Notes under the pieces: generated by a model | Database searches by the model: none | What the model saw: only the letters and a program-made list of their open reading frames with translations | What the model was told of the DNA's origin: nothing | Shown here: positions 1 to 8,475 of the stretch, piece by piece | Layout: every line of letters starts with the position of its first letter | How positions within the stretch are numbered: the stretch's first letter is position 1 | Made by a program: the position numbers and the translations under genes | DNA from: Burkholderiales bacterium | GTDB lineage: Bacteria; Pseudomonadota; Gammaproteobacteria; Burkholderiales; Casimicrobiaceae | Length of the DNA stretch: 35,452 nucleotides | Assembly: GCA_025935435.1 (NCBI GenBank) | Contig: JAICVH010000001.1 | Coordinates: 1 to 35,452 of the forward strand | Direction: 5' to 3'

Positions 1-784
1 GCACGTCGAGCGTCCGCAGGCCGCGTAACCCGAGGAAGCAATCGTCCGGCGACGGCGTCACCCCCATGTCGGTCCATAGCCGGTGCAGCGCGGGAAACGT
101 ACGCTCGTTGGCGACGATGACGCCGAGCAATACGTCCGAGTGACCTCCGATGTACTTCGTCGCTGCATGCACCGACACGTCGACATCGTGGTCGAACGCG
201 CGAAAGCCGAGGGGTGTCGCCCACGTGTTGTCGAGAACGACGATGGCGCCATGGGCATGCGCGGCGGCCACGATCGCAGGTACGTCCTGCACATCGAACG
301 TCAGCGAGCCCGGCGATTCACAGAACACGAGCTTGGTCGCGGGACGCAGCAGTCGCACGATGTCCGCTCCGGCCAGCGGGTCGTAATAATCGACGGCGAT
401 ACCGAGCCGGCGCAGGTGGTTGTCGCAAAACCGACGCGTCGGACCATACACGGCGTCGGTCATCAGCAGATGATCGCCAGGCTTCAAGAGCGCGAGCAGC
501 GGCAGCGTCGTCGCCGCGAGCCCCGACGGCACGGCAAGCGCCGCGTGACCACCTTCGAGCTCGGCGATCGCGCGCTGAAAGTCGGTGACGGTCGGCAGTC
601 CATGCAGGCCGTAGGTGAGCCCGTCGTACGCGCCCCGCGACGCGCGCTCGACGTCGGCGACCGTCGGGAACAGGATCGTCGATCCGCGATACACCGGCGT
701 GTTGATGACGCCGAGATAGCGGCGCGGGTCGCGCCCGAGGTGCGCGACCGCGGTCGCATTGCGATAGCGCAGCGGACGCTTCAT
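1..784 (-). CDS. metC: Cystathionine beta-lyase (PLP-dependent), 3' end beyond window edge
   Basis: Not in the ORF track; translated by hand from ATG at 784: MKRPLRYRNATAVAHLGRDPRRYLGVINTPVYRGSTILFPT...YGLHGLPT...ESPGSLTFDVQD...DNTWATP...HAATKYIGGHSD (PLP lysine motif). ATGA overlap with the gntK stop. Confidence 0.9.
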   Translation of the reverse strand, partial: MKRPLRYRNATAVAHLGRDPRRYLGVINTPVYRGSTILFPTVADVERASRGAYDGLTYGLHGLPTVTDFQRAIAELEGGHAALAVPSGLAATTLPLLALLKPGDHLLMTDAVYGPTRRFCDNHLRRLGIAVDYYDPLAGADIVRLLRPATKLVFCESPGSLTFDVQDVPAIVAAAHAHGAIVVLDNTWATPLGFRAFDHDVDVSVHAATKYIGGHSDVLLGVIVANERTFPALHRLWTDMGVTPSPDDCFLGLRGLRTLDV

Positions 785-1272
785 GCGGCTCGGCGTCCGA
801 GCGCGGCGACGATCGTGCGCACCTGCGTCGCAACGTCGTCCTCGATGTCGAGCACGATCGCATCGACGGGGGGTTCGAGCGTCGCGAACTGGCTCGCGAG
901 CAGGCTCGCAGGCATGTAACGATGACGTCTGCGTGAAAGCCGCGCGGCGATCGTCGCCTGCTCGCCGCGCAGATGCACGAAACGGCACGGGCCGGCGCTC
1001 CCAAGACGCTCGCGGTAGCTCTGCTTCAACGCCGAGCACGCGACCACGACATCGCCGCCGGCGGCGGTGGCTTCGCGCAGGCGCTCGGCAATGCGGTCGA
1101 GCCAGGGCCAGCGATCATCGTCGGTCAGCGGCGTGCCCTGCGCCATCTTCGCGACGTTGGCGGGCGGATGCAGGTCGTCACCTTCGAGGAACGGACACGC
1201 GAGCACATCGGCAAGCGCGGATCCGACCGTCGTCTTGCCGCTGCCGCTGACGCCCATCACGACGACGATCAT
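781..1272 (-). CDS. gntK: Gluconokinase (GntK/IdnK family)
   Basis: 163 aa; P-loop MGVSGSGKTT, EGDDLHP, PLTDDDRWPWL, ACSALKQSYR, SQFATLEPP. Confidence 0.93.
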   Translation of the reverse strand: MIVVVMGVSGSGKTTVGSALADVLACPFLEGDDLHPPANVAKMAQGTPLTDDDRWPWLDRIAERLREATAAGGDVVVACSALKQSYRERLGSAGPCRFVHLRGEQATIAARLSRRRHRYMPASLLASQFATLEPPVDAIVLDIEDDVATQVRTIVAALGRRAA

Positions 1273-2195
1273 GCGTGCGACGAAACAATCCCCGGCTCCG
1301 TTGCGACCGGATGGCCTCCAAAGCCCTTGCGCATCATCGCCAGCAGTCGCGCCCCGTAATCGTCACGACCCTGGCTCGCGAAGCGCGCCATCAGCGCAAG
1401 CGACAGCACCGGCGCGGGAACGCCCTGCTCGACCGCTTCCTGTACGGTCCAGCGGCCCTCGCCCGAGTCGGCGACGAGCGGTGCGACATCCGCAAGTTCG
1501 GGATCGTCGGCGAGAAAACGCGCCGTCAGATCGAGCAGCCACGAACGCACGACGCTGCCGTGCCGCCACGTTTCCGCGATCGCCGCCACGTCGAGTGCAA
1601 GGTCGCTCCGGTTGTGCAGCAACGCAAACCCTTCGGCGAGCGCCTGCATCATTCCGTACTCGATGCCGTTGTGAATCATCTTCACGAAATGTCCGGCGCC
1701 GGCGGGGCCGCAGTGCAACCATCCACGCTCGGGAGACGGCGCGAGAATCTTTGCGTACGGCGTCAGCATCGCTGCGGCAGCCGCGTCCGCCCCGAACATC
1801 AATGCGTAACCGTCGGCAAGGCCGTGGATACCGCCCGACACGCCACAGTCGGCGAACAGGATGCCGCGGCGTCCAAGCAGGTTCGCGCGGCGTTGCGAAT
1901 CCTTGTAGTTCGCATTGCCGCCATCGACGAGCAGATCGCCGGGCGCCATGACGTCGGCGAGCGATGCGACGGTGCGTTCGGTCGGGTCGCCTGCGGGAAC
2001 CATCGTCCACACGATGCGTGCGGCGGGGAGCGCGTCGACCAGTTGCTGCAGCGACTCGACCACCGTGATTGCGTCGGTGAGCGGCTGGCGCATCGAGCTG
2101 TCGGCATCGAAGCCGACCACGCGCACACCGGATCGCGCAAAGCGGCGGGCCATGTTGCCGCCCATCCGACCGAGGCCGACGATGCCGATGTCCAT
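1269..2195 (-). CDS. gnd: 6-phosphogluconate dehydrogenase, short (YqeC-like) type
   Basis: Real start taken as MDIGIVGLGRMG (ATG at 2195), not the 570-aa ORF start. Motifs DGGNA, GVSGG, GHFVKMIHNGIEYGMMQ, DSGEGRWT, FGGH; 308 aa. ATGA overlap with gntK. Confidence 0.92.
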   Translation of the reverse strand: MDIGIVGLGRMGGNMARRFARSGVRVVGFDADSSMRQPLTDAITVVESLQQLVDALPAARIVWTMVPAGDPTERTVASLADVMAPGDLLVDGGNANYKDSQRRANLLGRRGILFADCGVSGGIHGLADGYALMFGADAAAAAMLTPYAKILAPSPERGWLHCGPAGAGHFVKMIHNGIEYGMMQALAEGFALLHNRSDLALDVAAIAETWRHGSVVRSWLLDLTARFLADDPELADVAPLVADSGEGRWTVQEAVEQGVPAPVLSLALMARFASQGRDDYGARLLAMMRKGFGGHPVATEPGIVSSHA

Positions 2196-2209
2196 CGCGG
2201 GTGAGCGTA

Positions 2210-3082
2210 TCACGCGCCTCGGCGCGATGCGATCAACGCGGCCGCGACGATCAACGCACCGCCGAGCGTCGTGCGTATGTCGGGCACCTCGTGAAGCAGC
2301 AGCATGGCGAGCAGGATGCCGTACACCGGCTCGAGCGCCGCGACGACGCTCGCCGTATGTGCGGACAGGCGTTGCATGCTCGCGATGAACAACGTATGCG
2401 CGAGCCCGGTGCAGATGACGCCGAGCGCCACGATCAGCGCCCAATCGGTCGGCGTCGGCCATGGCGGCAACGGCGTGGCGAACGCGATAACCGGCGCCAG
2501 GCACACCGCGGCGAAAGCGTTCTGCCAAAACGCGATCCGCGTGGGGGACGCCGACGCGACGTATCGCTTGGTGCGCACCGACAGCCATGCGAACGTGAAA
2601 CCCGACGCCACGCCGAGCGCCAGCCCGCGAAACGCTTCGCTGGACCAGGAGAATTGCGGTGCGAGAACGACGAGTCCAGCCGCGGTCAGCGCAGCGACCG
2701 CCGTGTCGCCGCCGGAGGTGGGGCCGGCGCCGCGCCGTCGCTCGAGCACCAGGACGAACAATGGGAACGTCGCATAACCGATCAGTGCCACCGCGACGGA
2801 CGCCACCTGCACGGCTTCGAAGAACGCGACCCAGTGTGTCGCGAGAATTGCGCCGTTCAACACGAGCGCTGTGCGGACCGGACCAAGCGCACGTTCGCGC
2901 ATCGCGAGCACGATCGCGAGCGTGATTGCCGCGACGACCGTGCGACCGAGCACAATGGCCGTTGCCGGCAACTCGATCCACTTGCCGAACAGCGCGGCGA
3001 ATCCGAACAGCGCAACCGCCGCATGCAGCGACACGAACGCTGCCGTTCGCGTCGATGCGCTCCGCAGGCCTGCTTCGATCAT
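2210..3082 (-). CDS. EamA/DMT family transporter
   Basis: 290 aa, about 10 hydrophobic segments, two-repeat DMT pattern (LEPVYGILLA). Confidence 0.85.
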   Translation of the reverse strand: MIEAGLRSASTRTAAFVSLHAAVALFGFAALFGKWIELPATAIVLGRTVVAAITLAIVLAMRERALGPVRTALVLNGAILATHWVAFFEAVQVASVAVALIGYATFPLFVLVLERRRGAGPTSGGDTAVAALTAAGLVVLAPQFSWSSEAFRGLALGVASGFTFAWLSVRTKRYVASASPTRIAFWQNAFAAVCLAPVIAFATPLPPWPTPTDWALIVALGVICTGLAHTLFIASMQRLSAHTASVVAALEPVYGILLAMLLLHEVPDIRTTLGGALIVAAALIASRRGA

Positions 3083-3140
3083 GTGACGCGATAAGGTAAG
3101 GGCAAGGAAGCCGCGCAGAAGGCGCGTAGTGTCACACGCC

Positions 3141-3231
3141 CGACTTCGGAGTCGGAGGAATAAGTCGCGTAAGACCTGTCACACCAAACGGTCGCTGCAC
3201 CGCACGACTTAGTCCTCCGACCCCGAAGTCG
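3141..3231. repeat. Inverted pair of 27-bp REP-like units
   Basis: 3141-3167 cgacttcggagtcggaggaataagtcg and 3205-3231 cgacttagtcctccgaccccgaagtcg are reverse complements at 25/27 positions, 37-nt spacer. Confidence 0.7.
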
Positions 3232-3343
3232 TGCCCTCCACCGGCTAGAATGCCGGCCACGCCTCGTCGCGGGTCGGTTTGGCGGTCGTCTTTCGCCGAC
3301 GCGCGTTTCGATACCCAAGCCCAGGTCCGCCCGGAGCCGTACC

Positions 3344-4717
3344 ATGCCCGTCCCCGCCGTCGCCGCAAAAACGCTCGCGGCCGTCCGCAAGACGCCCGGC
3401 CACCGCGTCAAGGTCGCCGTCTCGGACATCGACGGCATCCTGCGCGGCAAGTACATCCACAAGGACAAGTTCGAGTCCGCGCTCGATGCAGGCTTCGGCT
3501 TCTGCGACGTCGTCTATGGCTGGGACTGCCATGACCAGTGCTACGACAACACGACGTTGACCGGCTGGCACAAGGGATTCCCGGACGCGCTCGCGCGAAT
3601 CGACCCCGGTACGCATCGCAACGTCCCGTGGGACGACAACGTCGACTTCTTCCTCGGCGAGTTCATCGTGCGCAGGAATGGCAAGGACGAACCGTTCCCG
3701 CTCGATGGACGCCAGGTGCTGAAGCGCGTGCTGCGGCGCGCGGAGAAGCTCGGCGTCATCCCGATGTGCGGTCTTGAATTCGAGTGGTTCAACTTCATCG
3801 AGACGCCACAATCCTGGGCCGACAAGCAGGGCATCGGCCCGACGCCGCTCACGCCCGGCATGTTCGGCTATTCGCTTCTGCGCGCGCATCACTCCCGCGA
3901 GTACTTCAAGGCATTGAGCGAGGACATGGCGGCGTTCGGCGTGCCGATCGAAGGACTGCACACCGAGACCGGCCCGGGCGTCTATGAAGCCGCCATCGTT
4001 TTTTCGGAAGCGCTCGAAGCGGCCGATCGCGGCCTGCTGTTCAAGGCGGGCGCCAAGGAAATCGGTGCGCGCTTCGGCATCATGCCGAGCTTCATGGCGA
4101 AATGGAGTCAGCAGTATCCGGGCTGCTCCGGGCATTGCCATCAGTCGCTGTCCGACGGCAAGCGCAACCTGTTCTACGACGCCAAGGGCCGCAACGGCAT
4201 GAGCCGGATGTTCGAGAGCTACCTCGCGGGACAGGTGGAAACGCTGCTGCAGTTCGCGCCGATGTTCTGGCCGACGGTGAACAGCTACAAGCGCCTGGTG
4301 GATGGCTTCTGGGCACCGGTGAAGCCGACGTGGGGGCTCGACAACCGCACGGCGAGCTTTCGCGTGCTCGCAGGCTCCCCGAAGTCGACGCGCCTCGAAA
4401 CACGCTGTCCCGGTTCCGACGTCAATTCGTATCTTGCCGTCGCCGCGTGCATCGCGACCGGCCTCGACGGCGTCGAAAGAAAACTGAAACTGACTGCGCC
4501 GCCGATTCAGGGAACGAACGTCGGTGCCGAGAACATTGCGCGCGCGCCCCGCACACTGATCGAGACGACGCGCATCTTCAGGCAATCCGATCGCGCGCGC
4601 GACTGGTTCGGCGACGATTTCGTCGACCATTTCGCGGCCACGCGGGAATGGGAATGGCGACAATGGCTCGACGCGGTCACCGACTGGGAACGCAAGCGCT
4701 ACTTCGAAATCATATGA
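3344..4717 (+). CDS. Glutamine synthetase-like gamma-glutamyl-amine ligase (PuuA/PauA/GlnA4-like)
   Basis: 457 aa; GS motifs DIDGILRGK, GLEFEW, HTETGPGVYE, SGHCHQS, NSYKR, DNRT, RLETR. Lacks the FDGSS motif and has GFWAP instead of the GYEAP flap of true GSI. Confidence 0.85.
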   Translation: MPVPAVAAKTLAAVRKTPGHRVKVAVSDIDGILRGKYIHKDKFESALDAGFGFCDVVYGWDCHDQCYDNTTLTGWHKGFPDALARIDPGTHRNVPWDDNVDFFLGEFIVRRNGKDEPFPLDGRQVLKRVLRRAEKLGVIPMCGLEFEWFNFIETPQSWADKQGIGPTPLTPGMFGYSLLRAHHSREYFKALSEDMAAFGVPIEGLHTETGPGVYEAAIVFSEALEAADRGLLFKAGAKEIGARFGIMPSFMAKWSQQYPGCSGHCHQSLSDGKRNLFYDAKGRNGMSRMFESYLAGQVETLLQFAPMFWPTVNSYKRLVDGFWAPVKPTWGLDNRTASFRVLAGSPKSTRLETRCPGSDVNSYLAVAACIATGLDGVERKLKLTAPPIQGTNVGAENIARAPRTLIETTRIFRQSDRARDWFGDDFVDHFAATREWEWRQWLDAVTDWERKRYFEII

Positions 4718-4793
4718 ACGCCGTCCTCGATGCGAGCCGCAACGGCATTCATCGCGTGTCGGCCTTCTATCCTTCGTTTCGCGCGGAGCACAA

Positions 4794-5963
4794 GTGACGC
4801 TGCATCGTTTCGCCTTTCCGACGTCGATCGTGTTCGGCGCCGGTGCACGCAAGGAAATTGCACCGCACCTGCTGGCCGAAGGTTACTCGCGACCGTTGAT
4901 CGTCACCGATCGCGGCCTTGCCGCCTTGCCCGTGTTCGAGCGGCTGGTGAGCGAACTCGGCGGTGTCGACGCGCACGTGTTCTCAGGCATCTGGGGCAAC
5001 CCGGTACGAAGCCAGGTTGAAGCAGGCGTTACGGCGTTTCGCGCGCATGCGGCCGACAGCGTGGTCGGCATCGGTGGGGGTGCCGCTCTCGATGTCGCCA
5101 AGGCCGTCGCGCTGATGTCCAGACACCCAGGTGACATCCTCGAGTATGCGTGGGATCACCCGCAAGTGCGGGCGATCGACGCCGAGCTGCCCTACTTCGT
5201 CGCGGTGCCGACCACCGCGGGCACCGGCTCGGAAGTCGGGCGCTCGTCGGTGATTTCCGACGACACTACGCATATCAAGAAAATCATCTTTTCACCGGCG
5301 CTGCTCGCGAAAAAGGTTTTCGCCGATCCGGAGTTGACGATCGACCTGCCGCCGCCGATTACCGCTGCAACGGGCATGGATGCGCTGACGCACAACGTCG
5401 AATCGTACTTGTCGCCGGCATACCATCCGCTGTGCGACGGCATAGCGCTCGAAGGCGTCCGCATCGCCGCCGCCGCGTTGCCGATCGCCGTACGTGAAGG
5501 TGGAAACGTGCAGGCTCGCGCCGACATGCTGATGAGCTCGATGATGGGCGCCATTGCGTTCCAGAAGGACCTGGGCGCAGTCCATTCATGCGCGCACGCG
5601 CTGTCGACGGTCGCCGATCTGCATCACGGCCTCGCGAACGGCATCATGATCGACCACGTGATGCGCTTCAACCTGCCCTCGGCGACGGTGAAGCTCGCCG
5701 AGCTTGCGCGCGTTGCGCGCGTTCCCGGTGGCGACGGTGACACCGACGAGTCGCGCGCAGCATCGTTCATTGACTGGCTCACCAAGCTGAAGGCGTCGCT
5801 CGGGATTCCTGCAAAACTCTCCGGGTACGCCGGTGCGCGACGCGTCACCGCCGACGACATCGACCGGCTCGTCGACGTGGCGATCGCCGACACCTGCCAT
5901 CAGACCAACCCGCGGACCTGCACGGCCGACGATTTCAGGCGGATCTTCGCCGAATCGATGTGA
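4794..5963 (+). CDS. Iron-containing alcohol dehydrogenase
   Basis: GTG start with GGAG upstream; GGGAALDVAK, PTTAGTGSE, GMDALTHNVE, HSCAH, HHGLAN metal ligands. Confidence 0.92.
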   Translation: MTLHRFAFPTSIVFGAGARKEIAPHLLAEGYSRPLIVTDRGLAALPVFERLVSELGGVDAHVFSGIWGNPVRSQVEAGVTAFRAHAADSVVGIGGGAALDVAKAVALMSRHPGDILEYAWDHPQVRAIDAELPYFVAVPTTAGTGSEVGRSSVISDDTTHIKKIIFSPALLAKKVFADPELTIDLPPPITAATGMDALTHNVESYLSPAYHPLCDGIALEGVRIAAAALPIAVREGGNVQARADMLMSSMMGAIAFQKDLGAVHSCAHALSTVADLHHGLANGIMIDHVMRFNLPSATVKLAELARVARVPGGDGDTDESRAASFIDWLTKLKASLGIPAKLSGYAGARRVTADDIDRLVDVAIADTCHQTNPRTCTADDFRRIFAESM

Positions 5964-6814
5964 AGCTCGGTCTCCCGCGTCTGCTCCGACGCCGCAACCA
6001 ATCGCTGCCTGTGAGCGCGCCGCTGCTGATCGGCGTTTCGGCGCGCATTCATCATCCGACCGATCACGCCGTCAATCTCGGCGGGGTGTACACGAAGACG
6101 CTGCATTACCTCGAGCAGTCCGTCAGTCACTGGGTGATGTCGAAAAACGTGCTGGTGCTGATGATCCCGGCGATCGAAAGCGAGGGACTCATCCAGCGCA
6201 GTGAAATGCGTCTTTACCACTACGCGGAAGCACTGGACGGACTCGTCCTGCAAGGCGGCGCCGACGTCGCGCCACCATCGTATGGCCAGGAAGCACGCGA
6301 CCCGGCATGGGCCGGCGACAGCATCCGCGATCGCTACGAAATCGAACTCTTCGAAGCGTTCGTCGGCAAAGGCAAGCCGGTCCTCGGCATTTGCCGCGGC
6401 TGCCAGTTGATCAACGTCGCGTTCGGAGGATCGCTCTACCAGGACATCGGGACGCAGGTTCCCGAGGCGCTGGATCACCGCGACATCACCAAATACGAGC
6501 GCAACTATCATCGGCTCGAGTTCGTTCCGGGCACGGGCCTCGCGAAGCTGTATCCGAACCGCCGGCAGGCACTGATCAACACGATCCACCACCAGGCCGT
6601 CGACAAGCTCGGTCGCGGCATGATCGTCGAGGCAGTCGCCGTTCCCGACGGCATCGTCGAGGCGATTCGCTGGCGCGGTCCGAGTTACGTGTTTGGCGTG
6701 CAGTGGCATCCCGAATTCATGTTCGGGCCGGACATCGGCAACGAGCACCTCGACGGCACTCCGATCCTCACCGAATTCCTGGAGGCCGCCCGTGCGCGCA
6801 AAGCACGCCGCTAG
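5960..6814 (+). CDS. Gamma-glutamyl hydrolase, peptidase C26 / class I glutamine amidotransferase (PuuD-like)
   Basis: DGLVLQGGADV, LGICRGCQ (catalytic Cys), HHQAV, GVQWHPE (His-Glu). GTGA overlap with the ADH stop; an alternative start is GTG 6011. Confidence 0.88.
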   Translation: MKLGLPRLLRRRNQSLPVSAPLLIGVSARIHHPTDHAVNLGGVYTKTLHYLEQSVSHWVMSKNVLVLMIPAIESEGLIQRSEMRLYHYAEALDGLVLQGGADVAPPSYGQEARDPAWAGDSIRDRYEIELFEAFVGKGKPVLGICRGCQLINVAFGGSLYQDIGTQVPEALDHRDITKYERNYHRLEFVPGTGLAKLYPNRRQALINTIHHQAVDKLGRGMIVEAVAVPDGIVEAIRWRGPSYVFGVQWHPEFMFGPDIGNEHLDGTPILTEFLEAARARKARR

Positions 6815-8222
6815 GCCGCACCGCGCGCGGCGTACCAGCGACCGAACGACGGCGCTGTCGATCACCAATCCGGCCACCGGTGCGGTGGTGCTGCGCATCG
6901 CGGCCGACGGCCCCAGGGAAGTCGCGGCGCGCTATGCGACCGCTCGCGCCGCGCAGCCGCGCTGGGCAGCGACGCCGCTTCGCAGGCGTCTTGCAACGAT
7001 CGCCAAGTTCCGCGAACTCGTCGTGGCCCGTACGGAGACGCTCGCGCACACACTCACGCAGGAAGTCGGCAAGCCGATCCGCCAGTCGCGAAACGAACTG
7101 AAAGGGCTGCTCGCGCGGCTCGATTTCTTCCTCGACGCATCGACCCGCGCGCTGCGCGAGGAGAAGGTGTTCGCCGATGCCGCGCAGAAGCTCGACGAGC
7201 GCATCACGCACGAGCCGCTCGGCGTCATCGCCAATATTTCCGCATGGAACTATCCATACTTCGTCGGCAGCAACGTATTCGTGCCCGCCCTCGTCGCCGG
7301 CAACGCGGTGCTGTACAAGCCCTCTGAGTTCGCGACGCTCACCGGTCGGCACATTGCCGATCTCATGCATGCCGCCGGCGTTCCCGAGGACGTGTTCGTC
7401 CCGGTGCTCGGCGGCGGCGCGACTGGCGCCGCACTGTTGCGGCAACCGGTCGATGGCGTGTTCTTCACCGGCTCGTATGCGACAGGCGCGAAGATCGCGG
7501 CGAGCGCCGGAAAACGCATGATCAAGGTCCAGCTCGAACTCGGCGGCAAGGACCCGGTGTACGTGTGTGACGACGTCGATGTCGCGGCGACCGCCGCGGC
7601 AGTCGCCGACGGGGCGTTCTACAACACCGGCCAGTCGTGCTGCTCGGTCGAACGCATCTACGTCCACGAAGCGATCTACACGCCGTTCGTCGATGCCTTC
7701 GTTGCCGAGGTCGAGCGCTATCGAATCGGCGATCCGACCGACGAAGCGACGTACATCGGCGCCATCACGCGACGCCCGCAGCTCGATGTGCTGCGCCGGC
7801 AGGTGCAGGATGCGCGGCGCAAGGGTGCCCGCGTTGCACTCGGCGGTTCACCGATCAAGCGCAAGGGCAACTGGTTCGCGCCGACGGTGCTGACCGACGT
7901 CGATCACTCGATGCTCGTGATGCGCGAGGAAAGCTTCGGGCCGATCATCGGCATCCAGGCGGTCGCCGACGATGCGGCGGCCATCGACTTGATGAACGAT
8001 ACCGAGTACGGGCTCACGGCGGGCGTGTACACGCACGACGCGGCGCGCGCACGGCGCGTGCTCGCGCACGTCAACGCCGGCAGCGTCTACTGGAACTGCT
8101 GCGATCGCGTGAGTCCGCGATTGCCGTGGTCCGGTGTCAAGCACTCGGGGATGGGACTCACGCTGTCGACGATGGGCATCCAGACGTTCACGCGCCCGAA
8201 GGCGTGGCACCTGAAGACGTAG
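6792..8222 (+). CDS. NAD(P)-dependent aldehyde dehydrogenase
   Basis: Start reassigned to GTG 6792 (GGAGG at 6781-6785, in frame with ORF 6693). Motifs NPATG, AWNYP, FTGS, LELGGKD, GQSCCS, EESFGP. Confidence 0.9.
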   Translation: MRAKHAARPHRARRTSDRTTALSITNPATGAVVLRIAADGPREVAARYATARAAQPRWAATPLRRRLATIAKFRELVVARTETLAHTLTQEVGKPIRQSRNELKGLLARLDFFLDASTRALREEKVFADAAQKLDERITHEPLGVIANISAWNYPYFVGSNVFVPALVAGNAVLYKPSEFATLTGRHIADLMHAAGVPEDVFVPVLGGGATGAALLRQPVDGVFFTGSYATGAKIAASAGKRMIKVQLELGGKDPVYVCDDVDVAATAAAVADGAFYNTGQSCCSVERIYVHEAIYTPFVDAFVAEVERYRIGDPTDEATYIGAITRRPQLDVLRRQVQDARRKGARVALGGSPIKRKGNWFAPTVLTDVDHSMLVMREESFGPIIGIQAVADDAAAIDLMNDTEYGLTAGVYTHDAARARRVLAHVNAGSVYWNCCDRVSPRLPWSGVKHSGMGLTLSTMGIQTFTRPKAWHLKT

Positions 8223-8230
8223 CCGAGCGC

Positions 8231-8391
8231 GACCGCGGGCAAGCGGCGCCGCGCGCTCCACGTCCGTAAACGCCGATCTGCGGGTTTCCGGCGCGGCGGC
8301 TTGGCGTCGCGCTACGCGCGCGAACAACTGGGCCGCGCCACCCGCGACGACCGGCACTCCCAGTCGCGCGCGACACCGCTTGCCCGCGGTC
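8231..8391. repeat. Long inverted repeat (26-bp arms) between convergent genes
   Basis: 8231-8256 gaccgcgggcaagcggcgccgcgcgc versus 8366-8391 gcgcgcgacaccgcttgcccgcggtc: 24/26 complementary. Confidence 0.7.
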
Positions 8392-8475
8392 CTGACGCAG
8401 CGGTGGTACGCCGCTCGTTACGTGCCGCACGAACGGGCGGCGCGTGACTGGATGGACAGCCACGGCCTTGCCCGC

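Noticed and set aside
83-919. 278-aa plus-strand ORF at the window start
   Set aside because: Antisense to metC, which the ORF track missed because it runs off the edge.
2196-2981. Apparent 260-aa N-terminal extension of Gnd (possible fusion)
   Set aside because: Off-frame read-through of the EamA gene; Gnd homology starts at ATG 2195.
3344-4717. Calling this gene glnA (true glutamine synthetase)
   Set aside because: Lacks the ammonium-site motifs FDGSS and GYEAP and sits in a catabolic operon.
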